A DNA stretch of 64,000 nt from Mobula hypostoma (taxonomy: Eukaryota), in assembly GCF_963921235.1 (NCBI RefSeq), contig NC_086097.1:132310001-132374000 (forward strand). Direction: 5' to 3'. The notes beneath the pieces are model-generated. The model was given only the letters and a program-made list of their open reading frames with translations. It was not told where the DNA came from and searched no databases. This document shows, one piece after another, positions 12,978 to 25,525 of this stretch (the first letter of the stretch is position 1; every line of letters begins with the position of its first letter). The translations under genes and the position numbers were made by a program.

Positions 12978-13476
12978 GCACGCAGTGGCCACTTTATTAA
13001 TTAGCACCTGTACCTAATAATGGCCGCTGAGTTTATGTTAGTGGTATTCTGCTGCTGTAACCCATCCACATCAAGGTTTGACGTGTTGTGCGCTCAGAGA
13101 TGCTCTTCTGCATGTCACTCTCTGTTAGTGCATGTTTATCTGAGTTACTGTTGCTTTCCTGTCATTTTGATCCAGTTTGGCCATTTTCCTCTGACCTCTC
13201 TCATTAATAAGGCATTTTTTATCACAGAACTGGACTTTTTTTTTGTTTTCCACACCATTCTCTGTAAACTCTAAAGACTGTTATGTATGAAAATCCCAGA
13301 AGATTAGCAGTTTCTGAGATACTCAATCCACCCCATCTGGCACCAACAATCATTCCACAGTCAGGCAGTTAGATCACATGTCTTCCCCATTCTGATGTTT
13401 GGTCTGAACAACAACTGACCATGTCTGCATGCTTTTATGCATTAAGATGCTGCCACATGATTGGCTAATTAGATTT
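12978..13476 (-). mobile_element. Tc1-like non-autonomous DNA transposon fragment
   Basis: TIR-like cagtggccactttatta with a nearby inverted partner taataatggccgctg; minus strand encodes GMIVGARW.GLSISETA.LLGFS (Tc1 HTH-like). Confidence 0.75.
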
Positions 13477-13694
13477 AATATCTAAACTATTATATTCCTC
13501 TCAACCAAGTCAAGATTAACCTAATTAATTTACAAGTTCTCATCCTTTCATGCAGCTTAACTTTTAGGTAGAGCAAGAAAGAATACATGAAGGAGAAGGA
13601 AAGGAATGCAGTACACAGGTGTTAAGAATTGGGAAGTTGTTGCTATGTTGAACAGCTGAAGGAATTGAACTGGAGGCAAGGTACATATTATAAA

Positions 13695-13965
13695 ACATAG
13701 AACACTACACTATAGAAAAATGTCCTTCAATCATGGTGTCTGTGCCGAACTTGATGCCAAATTAACTGAATCCTTCTGCCTGCACATGAGTCAAATCCCT
13801 CCATTTCCTGCATATCTATGTGCCTATATAAAAACCTCTTAAACACCACTACCATTGCTGCCTCCATCACCATTCTTGGTAATCTATTACAGGCATTCAC
13901 TACTCTCTGTGTATATAAAAAAAAACAACAAACAAACAAACTTACCCTGAAGATCTCCTTTAAGC
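13695..13965 (-). mobile_element. CR1 3' end
   Basis: TQRVVNACNRLP...FKRFL.RH.D on the minus strand. Confidence 0.8.
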
Positions 13966-14339
13966 TTCTCCTCTTCTCCCCCCGACCGCCCCCTCAACCC
14001 ACGCAACTTAAGGAAGGCAAAAATCTTGAGAAAGGAAAAGGATGTATGCCTTGGATGAGATGAAGATTAACAGGGAGAAGTCTCATCCACAGCATAAATA
14101 CCAACACAGACTAGAGGGGCCAAATGGCATGTTTCTTTCTATTTATTTATTATTCTGTCTTATTTATTCTATTTTTTGGGGATCTGGTACCATTGGCGAA
14201 GCTTCCTCTAAAGTCTATCAACCTGGCAAGGATTCTGATGTCACTTCTGAATCTTCCAAGCTCACAATCCATCCAATCCAAGACCTTCGATTCCATGATT
14301 CTCCAATATTTAAAAATTCTGCCACCCCCATTTTTCAAT

Positions 14340-14845
14340 CAGTGTAGAAAGGCGAATGCACAAGAAGCTGCAGAGAGTTGTGTACACATTTCAACACATC
14401 ATGGAAACCAACCTCCCCACCATGGACTCTGCCTACAGTTCTTGCTGCCTCAGTAAAGTAGGCAACATTAATAAAGGTACTATCCACTCCTGATATACTA
14501 TCCTTTCCCTCTCAAATTAGGCAGATAATACAAAACCCTGAATGCATATACCACCAGGCTCAAGGATTGTTTCTATCCAGCTGTTATAAGACTACTGAGC
14601 AGTCTTCTAGTACCATGCCATGGACTCTTGGCCACACAATCTACCTCACTATGCCTTTGTCCCTTATGGCCTCCTTGCACTGCATTTTTTCTGTAAGCTA
14701 TAACATTTTATTTCTGCATTGTGTTTTTGTTTTCCCTTGTACACCTCAATGCACTGTCGTAATGAAATGATCTGTATGGATGGCATGCAAAACTAAGATT
14801 TTCACTCTAGCTCGGAACATGTGAGAATGATGTCACCGATTTAAT
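14340..14845 (+). mobile_element. Rex1/Babar 3' end
   Basis: KKLQRVV-like segment and TTRLKD.FYPAVIRLL, followed by the 3' UTR. Confidence 0.65.
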
Positions 14846-15182
14846 CCCATTGCAATATTCACTCAATGTGGAATAGCAAGTTGGATTATGATCATCAGAA
14901 CCCTGGATTGATGCTTTATCCACAGCCCTCAAATGCAGAGTTGGTTTCTTATTGAATGATAGCTGCCACCACTGGAGAAAAGGAGCACTGCAGTTTGGAA
15001 CGGTTTAGCCTTCGAGGAATGTTGTCAAATGTAGATTCCAGTGGCCGTCCTTTGAGATGGATGTTTTAGGGAGAAGCAGATGCATGGAGCTGGGCCATTT
15101 GTTTCCATTTTTTTTTCAGTATTACCAAGCTCCGGATAACGTGTTTGTGGTAGTATTGACAGAAACAGTTGGAAGGAAACTC

Positions 15183-15365
15183 AAAAACACGAGAGATTCT
15201 GCGGATGCTGGAAACCCAGAACAACACGTATAAAATGCTGGAGGAAATCAGCATGGCAGGAAGCATCTATGGAAATAAATGGTCAATGTTTCAGGCCGAG
15301 AGCCGCCTTTAGGGCTGGAAATGAAGGAGAAAGGCAGAAGGGAAGGAGCTGTGCCTGAAACATTG
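15183..15365 (-). mobile_element. PLE pLTR with tail (degenerate ribozyme)
   Basis: aaacacgagagattctgcggatgctgg...tttcaggccgag. Confidence 0.7.
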
Positions 15366-15379
15366 CGTGCCATCAAAAA

Positions 15380-15945
15380 TCCCATGGTAGTGAGGAAGAA
15401 GCTGCTTTGACCATTGAGATGTGGGTCTTCAGTTTCTTGTACTTCCTACATGATGGCAGCATCAAGAAGATGGCATAGGACCAGAAAGTGGGGGTCGTCA
15501 ATAATGTATGTATGAGAGTGGCATTGATATCTCCACATTGTGTGGACAGTCACTTTGACCTCTGAAGCTCTGTGTTCACAATGACAGAGGAACTTGTCAG
15601 AGCTTTTCCTGAAATTCCTCTGACACACCATCAGGAACAGGAACAGTTATTATCCTTCAACCGTCAGGCCTCTGAACCAACGTGGATAACTTCACTCACC
15701 TCAGTACTGAACTGATTCCACAACTCAATTTCAATCTCATTCTTCCAGTATTATTTATTTTTATATTTATTTATTTTTTTATTGTATTTATATTGTTTCT
15801 CTTCTGTACATTAAATGTTTGTCAGGTTTGTATGTAGTTTTTCATGGATTCTATTGTACTTCTACCGTGAAGGCCTGCAAGCAGGTGAATCTCGGGATAG
15901 TATATGGTGACATATACATACTTTGATAACCAATTTACTTTGAGC
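15380..15945. mobile_element. Two Rex1/Babar 3' fragments in opposite orientation
   Basis: Minus-strand piece ~15380-15620; plus-strand piece from ~15628 (RNSYYPST.R.LN) ending in tttactttg. Confidence 0.55.
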
Positions 15946-16939
15946 TTTGAATATTTTTCCCTTCTGTTTTCAATAGAGTAAGTGCACCAGTGAGGGAGTG
16001 AATGTGCTACAGTGAGTGTAATGTGAGTTAGTGAGTGAGTGTGTGTGTGTGCATGCGTGCACTTGTGTATGATACTTCCATAGGGTACAAGCTAAAGAGA
16101 ACATCCCAAGAGCAGCCACAGCATGTTATTGCCTGTTTTGAATTTCCTTTCAGACAAGAAAGCAAAACACCCCAAAAAAATGCTTTGCTATGCTCTTTGT
16201 CCCATGACAGGGTAATTGTGTAAATAAACCAATTCAGTTAGGCATGAGTTAAACTCTCAACTGCAGCAGGATCATCGGAAACCATTTTGTTTGGGCATTG
16301 TTTTATTACACTGCAGGAAGAGGAATCAGTTCAGATGTCCTCAGCGGTGTCAGTGAGTGTAATGTCCAGCTCAAGCCAGTTCTGTTTAACCAAATTGCTG
16401 GGAGCTTCTGTTCACTTTGCCTGTTCAAGAGCAATGCAGAAATCTAAACTGAGAAAGCTTATGATGGTTTCCTTCCTCCGATGTCTGTTCAGGGTCAAAA
16501 CTGAAATGAATTTTGGCAGTTCAATTTATTCTCCAGTTGATATGAATCCATGGCAGGAACCTATCTTTAATTTTGCCCTTAATCAGCCGTTGCGACCTTG
16601 GGAGGATGAAAGGCAGAGTTTGTGGAAAAATGGGAATGTCACGTTGGTGTAATTGGGGTGCTTCCCTGAAGTAGGATGTCAGGGCAGGCAACTGCGGCCA
16701 GCCACCCCTCCAGCAGGGGATTAGTGCTGTCATGAGGTGGGGGAGAAAACTCTGTAACCCTACTTAATAACCCACCACATCAATTGTAATGATATGGGCT
16801 TTGTTTTTTCTTCTGATTATGTTTTCTTGTAAAAGTTGTGTATAATTTATGTTTAATCGACATTTTTCTTGTGAATGCTGCATATATAATGCTATGTTTG
16901 TACAGAGATGGGGACAAGAGAAGAGGTGACACACAAGTC

Positions 16940-19900
16940 AGCGAGTCTGCTTTAAAAACCAGCTCTTCACAGGAGTTTGAACAGTGGCCAATCAGAGATC
17001 GGGATTCATTAGCAAGAGCAAATAAAAATAAGGCAGGGCCAAGTGGAGCGGCCTTTGTTGGAGTGGACAGTGTCTGAATAGGCATTAGAGGCTTTAGATC
17101 TTCGAGGCTTCAGCGAGGAGGGACTTGAGAAAAGGCGAAAAGCTGTAGATAGGCTAATTTTCAGTTTATTTATTGTTTCATTCTTTATAATTACACAATT
17201 AGAACGGTGGGGATGCCAGGCAGGACAGTTGTATGCTCCTCCTGTGGGGTACGGGAAAGTGACGACATGACGACATCACCTGCAAGAAGTGCATCTAGCT
17301 GCAGTTTCTAACACTTTCTGTTAAAGAGTTGAAGCTGGAACTGAATGAATTCTGGATCATTCGGGAGGTTGAAGGGCTGATAGACAGGACATATAGAGAG
17401 GTAGTTACATGCAAGGTGCAGACACAAGAAACAGGATGACAGGAGGGTGAAAGGGTTAAACAGGAAACAGGTTGGCTGGAAGGTGAAAGGGTTAAACAGC
17501 TGGTGCTGTGTACCCAGGTGGCCATGCCCCTTCACAACAGGCAAACCACTTTGGGAGGGATGACCTAGCAGAGAAAAGTCATCATGGTCAGGTCTCTGGG
17601 ACTGATTCTGGCTCTACAGCTCAGGAGGGAGGGGAAGAGAAGTGGTGAGCTGTGGTGACAGGGAATTTATTAGTTAGGGGAACAGAAAGGAGGATCTGTT
17701 GATGAGAGCGAGATTCCCAGATGGTATGTTGCCTCTCGGGTGCCAGGGTCTGGGTCATCTCGGATAGAGTACTCAGCATTATGCATAGTGGGACAGCGAG
17801 CAGCCAGAGGTCATGGTTCATGTAGATACCAATGACATAGGTAGGAAGAGTGACGAGGTTCTCCAAAGTGAGCTCAGGGAGTTAGCTGCTAAGTTAAGGG
17901 ATAGGACCTCCAGGGTTGTGATCTCAGGATTGCTACCCGTGCCACATGCTAGTGAAGCCAGAAATAAGAAAACGGTACAGTTTAATACATGTCTAAGGAA
18001 TTGGTGGAGAAAGGAAGGCTTCAGATTTTTGGATCATTGGGCTCTCTTCCAGGGAATGTGGTTGGTGTACAAAAGAGACAGTTTGTACCTAAACTAGAGG
18101 AGGACTAATAGCCTAGTGGGAAGGTTGCTGGGGAATGGGAACCAGAGGGCAAGAACAGATGGTTAAGAGGCTATGGAGACAAATATTGTTAAGACCTCAA
18201 GCAAAGTCAAGAAGCAAAAGGTTGAGCATGGTGTAACTCATGTCCTGCATTTCAATGCAAGACATATTGTAGGAAGGGCAGATGAACTCAGGGCATAAGT
18301 TACCACTGAATTATGACATTGTAGCCATTCGTGAGACTTGGTCGCAGGAGAGACAGGACTGGCAGGTCAATGTTCTGGACTTCCATCGTTTTAGATGCGA
18401 CAGAGCAGGAGTGATTAAAAGGGGAGGGGTGGCAGTACTAGTCAGAGAAAATGTCACGGCGTGTTCAGTCAGGAAAGATTGGAGAATTCGTCTAGTGAGG
18501 CATTATGGATGGAACTGAGGAGTGAAAAAGGCATGACCTCATCAATGAAGCTATATTATAAATCACTCAACAGTCTGCAGAATTTTAAGGAACAAATTTG
18601 TAGAGAGATCGCAGACTGTTGCAAGAAACATTAGGTTGTTATAGCAAACAACAGGAACTGTAAAAGGACTAGACGGGACAGAGTTTGACTATCATGTTCA
18701 GTAAAATTTACTTAATCAGTACATAGAGGTCACAACGAGAGAGTGTGCAATACTTGATCTCCTGTTACAAAATGAGACAGGGCAGTTGACCGAAGTTTGG
18801 GTAAGCAAACACTTTGCATCTAGTGATAATAATGCCAGTAGTTTCAAGGTAATTATGGAAAAGGATAGATCTGGTCCTTGAGTTGAGATTCTAAATTTGA
18901 GTACAGCCATTTTTTTTTTAATATTACAAAGTATCTGGCAAGTGTGGACTGGAACAGGTTGTTTTCTGGCAAAGGTGTACTTGGTAAGTGTGAGGCCTTC
19001 AGAAGTGAATTTTTGAGAATATAAATCTTGTGTGTGCCTGGCAGAGTAAAAGATAAGGATAACAGGTTTAGGGAACCTTCATTTCTGAGAGATATTGAGG
19101 ACCTGGTTAAGAAAAAAAAAGAAAATGCATAGCAAGTATAAGCAGCTAGGAACAAATGAAGTGCTTAGGGAATGTAAGAAATGCAAGAGAACACTTAAAG
19201 AAATCAGGAGGACTAAAAGAAGCCATAAGGTTGCTCTAGTAGACAAAGTGAAGTAAAATCCAGAGAGCTTCCACAGGTAATGTTCAGAGCAAAAGAATTT
19301 CCAGGGACAAAAATGGTCCTCTGGAAGATCAAGCTGCTAATCTATGTGGGGAGCCTAAAGAGATGGGAGAGATCTTGTATAGATATTTTACATTTGTGTT
19401 TACTCAGGAGATGGAAACAAGGTCTATAGAAGTGAGTAAAAGCAGTGAGGTTATGAATCCTATACCGATTACAGATGAGGTGGTGTTTGCTGATTTGAGG
19501 TAAATTATGGTGAGCAGATCACCAGGGCCTGACAAGCTGTTCCCCTGGATCCTGTAGAAGGCAAGTGCAGAAATTGCAAGGGCCCTAGCAGAGATATTTA
19601 AATCATCTTTTGCGAAAGGTGAGGTACCAGAGGATTGGAGGATAACTAATGTTGTTCTGCTGTTTAAGAAAGGCTCTAAGAATAAATATGGAAATTATAG
19701 ACCGGTGAGCCTGACACGAGTAGTAGGAAAGTTATTGGAAGGTATTCTCAGGGAACAGATATGAGTACTCAGGTAGACGTGGACTGATTAGGGATAGTCA
19801 GGGTGGTTTTGTGTGTGGGAGGTCATGCTTAACCAATCACCAGGTAGTTGATGAAGGGTAAGGCAGTTGATGTTGTCTATATGGACTTTCGCAAGGCATT

Positions 19901-21695
19901 TGACAAGTTCTCGCTGGGAGGTTGGTCTAGAAGGTTCAGTGTCTTGGTATTCAAGATAAGGTGGTAAATTGGAGTAGGCATTAGGTTTGCAGGAGGAGCC
20001 AGAGAATGGTGGTAGCTGGCTTCTTCTCTGATTCGAGGCATGTGAGTAGTGGTGTGCTGCAGGAATCAGTGCTGCGTCCAATGTTGTTTGTCATCTATAT
20101 TCAGTAATCTGGATGATAATGTGGTTAACTGGATCAGCAAATTTGTGGATGACACTAAGATTCGGGGGTAAAATGGATAGTGAGGAAGACTATCAAAGCT
20201 TGCAGTGGATTTTGTCCAGCTGGAAAAATGGGCTGAAAAATGGCAGATAGAATATAATGCAGACAAGTGTAAGGTGTTGCATTTTTTGGAGGTCCAATCA
20301 GCATAGGCCTTACACATGAGTACTGAGTCAGGGAACTAAGAAGTGTGGTAGAACAAAGGGATCTGGGAATACAGGTCCATAATTCATTGAAAGTGGTGGC
20401 ACAGATAGACAGAATAGTAAAGAATACTTTTGGCACATTGGTCTTCATAGATCAAAGTAGATGGTAGACTTGATCTAGAGAGAACTTCAGTGTCTGGTAC
20501 TTTGTCTTGCCATCTGATGCCTAATATTCTGCGAAGACAAGTCATGTGAAAATGGTTGAGCTGTCTTGTATACCTTCGATACACAGTCCACGTTTCACAG
20601 GCATACAGGAGGGTGGTGAGTACCACGGCTCTGTAGACCTTCAGTTTTGTTGCTGGACTGATTCCTCGACATTCCCATACGGTGGAGCACAGTCTACCGA
20701 AAGCAGAACTTGCCTTTGCTTCTACCATCAGTCCACACACTGCTGATGAGAGCACAGACCCAGTGGGCAGGTCATGTCATCTGCACGCCGGACGAGCGCA
20801 TACCCAAGCAGCTCGTTTTTGGGGAACTCTCTGCCGGAAGATGCTCTCATGGAGGGCAGAAGAAATGTTACAAAGACACATTAAAGGCCTCCCTGAAGTT
20901 GCTTGACATAGACACGACCTCTTGAGAAACGCTGGCACAAAACTGCCTTACCTGGCGTGGTCTTTTCCACAAGGGCTGTCAAGCTTAGGAAGCAAGGCGC
21001 ATTGCTGAAGCATAACATAAGCGCGAGCTGCGCAAGTCCTGAGTCACCAGCGCAACAACTGCAGTGCCTACACATGTCTGCCCAACATGTGCCAGGACAT
21101 TCTGTGCCCGAATTGGCCTGACCAGTCATCTTCCTACACACTGCATCCAGTCTCAAAGTGACTAATAGTGTCGAGGTCTTCATTGACAATGATGGACAAA
21201 CCACAATAGATCGAAGTATTGAGTACAGGAGTTGGGATGCTATGTTGAAGTTGTATGAGTCATTGGTGAAGCCTAATTTGGAGTATTGTGTGTAGTTTTG
21301 GTCGTCTACTTACAGGAAAGACATAAATAAGTTTGAAAGAATACAGAGAAAACATACAAGTATGTCGCCAGGACTGGAGGACCTAGGTTATAAGGAAAGA
21401 TTGAATAGGTTGAAACTTTATCCTCTAGAGTGTAAAAGATTGGAGAGATTTAATAGAGGCATACAAAATTGTGAGGGGATACTGACAGGATGAATGCAAG
21501 CAGACTTTTTGCATTAAGATTGGGTGAGACTACATCTAGAGGTCATGGGTTAAGTGTGAAAGGTGAAATATTTATGGGGAACATTAGGGGAAACTTCTTC
21601 AGTCAGAGGGTGTGAGAGTGTGAAACGAGCTGCCAGCACAAGTGGGTGCAATTTTAATTTCAACGTTTCAACAAGAGAAGTTTGAATAGATATTG
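16940..21695 (+). mobile_element. Near full-length decayed CR1 (ORF1 esterase, EN, RT), interrupted by an RTE
   Basis: VHVDTNDIGRKSDEVL..RVVISGLLPVP; NYDIVAIRETW; NYRPVSLT; SKFVDDTK; 36-bp tandem duplication at 17428-17499. Confidence 0.9.
20460..21205 (+). mobile_element. RTE-clade LINE 3' fragment with inverted 5' segment (20460-20720)
   Basis: Minus strand AKASSAFGRL...LLYACETWT...LRRILGIRWQD; plus strand WAGHV..PDERIPKQL.FGEL..G.CS.GGQKK.YKD; TSD atagatc(a/g)aagta. Confidence 0.9.
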
Positions 21696-21844
21696 ACTGC
21701 TGTCCGATTTTTGAACCAATCAGCTCTTTTTCATCTACTTCCCAGTAACGCTGTCACGCTTTCAGACTCTTAATTTGTTGTTCCATTATTGTCTCTTTCA
21801 TGTTTCTTTGTGCACTACTATAATTTTCACCATTCATCTGTCAT

Positions 21845-22835
21845 GGAGTAGAGTCATGTTATAATGCAACATGGAAACAGGCCCTTTAACCAAATTTGTT
21901 CACAGTGCCCATCACGCTGGTGCTATTTGTCTGCCTCTGGACCATATCCATGTAGATCTCTCCTATCTATGTAGTCATCTAAATATCCAAATGTTCTATA
22001 AATATTGATAAAGTACCTACCTCAAACACTTCCTCTGGTAGGAGTGTTTCAGAAAACGTGTAGCTCGGGTAGATTGAGTTCTTCTCCAATCTTGGTAAAT
22101 TGCTTACAAGCGTTTCATCACCATGCGAGGAGACCTCATCCATGTGTTGTTAATTATGTGTGTCCTCCAAAAGCTTGGCTGTTATGTACTTACCAATCGG
22201 CTGAATCGTCACCATTTCAGACACTTAGTGGAAGTGTATTTTGCCTTAAGCATTCGTGGAGAAAGAAGAGTTGCTTGCGCATGGAGGCTAGCCTGCAGGC
22301 AAAGTTCTCTCGATGTTCACCACAATGTGCTCACCAATCAGCTGGTTGATAAGTATATAAAGGCTACACACTCAGAGGACACACCACATTAACAGAGCAC
22401 TGATGATATCACCTTGTATGCTAACAAAATGTTTTCAAGATCAGAGAACAAATCAACTGAACTTCCTCTGGTAGCTTATTCCATATACACACCACCCTCT
22501 GCCATTATGACCTTTCTACATCTTTCACCAATCTCCCTAAACTATGACCTCTAGTTTTCAGATCACCTTCCCAGGGGGAAATAAAGTTATAGGCATTCTC
22601 CTTATCTATACCCCTCATGATTTTATACACCTCCATAAAGTCACTCCTCAATCTGCTACCTTCCAAGGAATATAGTCCTAACCTGCCCACCTTCTCCCTA
22701 GAACTCAGACCCTCATTTGCTGGCAGAATCCTCATAAATTTTCTCCAAACTCTTTCCAGTTGAATGACAACTTTTAATAACAGGAAAACCAGAACTGTAC
22801 ACAATACCCCAAGTGGAGATTTACCAATATCTTGT
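21845..22835 (-). mobile_element. CR1 3' fragment split by a PLE
   Basis: QLERVWRKF...LGLYSLE...EVYKIMRGID...KTRGHSL. Confidence 0.85.
22042..22460. mobile_element. Second PLE family: inverted-pLTR insertion
   Basis: 14-bp TSD acttcctctggtag (22028-22041 and 22461-22474); degenerate hammerhead-like motifs in opposite orientations near 22110-22140 and 22400-22432. Confidence 0.75.
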
Positions 22836-23139
22836 AATATTTCATACTTGTCACTATTATTATAGTATTTATTATTTCCATATGTATTATATACTCTGTG
22901 AGCTTCATATGAGCAAAGAATTTCACTAAACTCTGGAGAATGTGACAATAATCTGAAATCTGCTAATCTGTAATCTACTCTTCCTGTCTCCAATTTGATA
23001 TCTCAGCACTCCTGCAATTCTAGCCCCTTAATCATTCACACATTCCATTGCTTCAGCATTGTGCCTTGAGTTGTCATGGGCCAGGTCCTGATATTTCCTT
23101 CCTAAAATTCTCATTCCTGTTTTATGACCTTCCTTACAC

Positions 23140-23272
23140 AAATGAAAGGGCTCTGCCTGAAACATCATCATTTGTTTATTTCCCACAACAGATGCTGCCT
23201 GACCTGCTGAGTTCCTCCAACAGATCGTGTGTTTGCTCTAGATTACAGCATCTGCAGTCTCTTGTGTCTCCT
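23140..23272 (+). mobile_element. PLE pLTR
   Basis: gatgctgcctgacctgctgagttcctcca...cagcatctgcagtctcttgtgtct. Confidence 0.7.
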
Positions 23273-23847
23273 GACACCTTCCCTTTTTGCTCAAGTTCCC
23301 GGCCAACCCCTCATTTGACTGAAATTTCTCCTCTGGTAAAACAATGAGCCATTTTCCTTTGTTTCAATGAAAACACAAGATCGCATCGACTGAAAAGAAA
23401 TAGGAATTTCCTTAAAAACACTTTGTATTGGAAATCTCCAATAATACCTCTTAATAGGCACATTATAGGCAGAAAATTGAAGGATATAGACAATTTGCAG
23501 TCACAGGAGTTTACTGTAAATTGACATCATGATCAGCATAGTCATTGTTGGCTGAATGGCCTGTTCCTGAGCTGTACTCTTCACTGGTGGGGCCGCAGCA
23601 CAGGTTTTTAGGATTATGTGATGTTACTCCTATTAATACACAAACACATTCTTACTTCACTTTTTTTTACATATTACATGGTAATATCATAAGTTATAAA
23701 CCGGCGAGTTTAAAGGGAGCAAGAAATATGCTGTTCTGATCACAAACGCACCCATCCACAGTCTGGAACCTCTGATGTTCCAAATCATCGCTCTTCTCTG
23801 GCCACGCAACCAACCCAGCCTCAGCCACAAACCCCCGATCCAGGTGA

Positions 23848-24010
23848 TCCAGTTTTCTCCCACAGTCCAAAAATGTACCAGTTAATAAGTTAACTGGTCA
23901 TTGTAAATTGTTCTGCTATCCGGCTAGGATTAAATCAGGGATTGCTGGGCGGTGTGGCTCAAAGGGCCAGAAAGGTCTGTTCCACACTGTATCTCAATAA
24001 ATAAATAAAA
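23848..24010 (+). mobile_element. V-SINE 3' fragment
   Basis: Matches the 3' half of the SINE at 28236-28516; (aata)n tail. Confidence 0.7.
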
Positions 24011-25284
24011 TATTCTGGCTTGATGAGAACGTCAGATGCGAAGACAGCAGTAGTTCAGAACAAACTCGTGCCCAATCATCAGAGTTTTATTATATATGCC
24101 ACTGAAAAACTATGGATGGTTTTCAGTTCTCAAAGGGTTTAAAAATCATTGCTTCCAGCACAGTTAGAAGCAGAGAAGAATGATTTTTGACATACTTACT
24201 TATCGCAGGATGCAAAATCATTTCAGTGGAAGCAGAATTGGACTTCAAATCTTTCAGAATTTATCTCAAAACCTCGATATACCCACTTAAAAGAAAACAC
24301 ATGCTCCACCGGCTATTGAGAGAAGGAGCAAATTGGATAAGTTGAGAATGTCAGGTAACCAGAAACTGGATACAAAGTTAAACTCTCCTCTACACAAAAA
24401 AAAATCAGCTGGAGAGCACCATTAGAACACTGAGATGACCTGATGTCAGAACCAAGCAGGGGCCAATCATTCAGGGGATTCTCACTGCTGCAACATGCCC
24501 TCTGTGGTCATTCTGAGACCTCTCAGATGCTGCCTGTAACTCTTAGCAAACTGTGTACATTTCTAAATATTATACAGATGGTGATTTATTGCTCTGCACT
24601 CTATGAAAATCCATTAAGAATTAAATCAGGACTCTGTTTAAATTGCCATTGTGTAATACATATCATATCATGGTGAATGACATTGAAGTTATAATCTACA
24701 GAAGTTGACTCTACCTGCTGATAAGGCAGTACTAGGGAGCGATCAATACTTACTATTCATTTTTGAAATTATCTTCAGTGTGATCCCTGAGCAAGTGCCA
24801 GCAATGCAGAGGCACAGTGCCTGTAATGCAATAATTATATAAAGGTTTACAGACTCATCCCACCAACCAATAAAAGCTGTCAGCAAGCAGGGACAGTTAC
24901 AATCCCATAATCCATCAAACCTCTGCCCTTTGACCCATGGGCTATTGGGCTTCCATGAGCTTTGCATTACACCAGTCTTTGAAGCGTGCCGTTCCAAGTG
25001 CTGTGAGGCTGTTCACATCTCCAGCATATCCATGTCTCAATCACACTCTCTCAGTGGCTCAGAAGAAATCCTTTTCTTCCTTTTAAAAGCAAATGTGTAC
25101 TGAATTTCAACAGTTCTGAGGTAAAATAGATTAAGGTCAGTGCTTGAGTAAAAAATGCCTTTACTGTCTCTGAGAGTAATAACATGATGATGGATGCATG
25201 TGGAGAGTTCATTACTGCTACTTATTTTTACAATATAAAATGAAGCAACACATCAGCCAAATCACTCCATTTTAGTTATTTGTT

Positions 25285-25525
25285 TGTCGAGGAAACAAGC
25301 CCTTTGCCCCATCTCGTTCATCCGACCAACTTCTCTTCCTGAGGTAGTCCCATTTACCGGCTTTTGGCACAAAATCTTTCCTACCCATGTACCTGTCCAA
25401 ATGGGGTTTCAATATTGTAATTGCACACACCTCTACCATTACTAGTCACAGCTCATTCCATCTACCCATCATCCTTCGTGTGGAAAGCTTACTCCTCAGG
25501 TCCTCCCTAAGTCTTTCTCTTCTTT
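25285..25525 (-). mobile_element. CR1 3' end
   Basis: catgtacctgtccaaat...gctcattcca, the reverse complement of the CR1 C-terminus and UTR. Confidence 0.7.

Noticed and set aside
15380..15945. Twin-primed Rex1 insertion
   Set aside because: No TSD found; the overlapping parts look too divergent, so these are probably two copies.
16287..16652. 121-aa ORF in unique sequence
   Set aside because: Non-ATG start and no recognisable homology or splice support; the region may still be regulatory.
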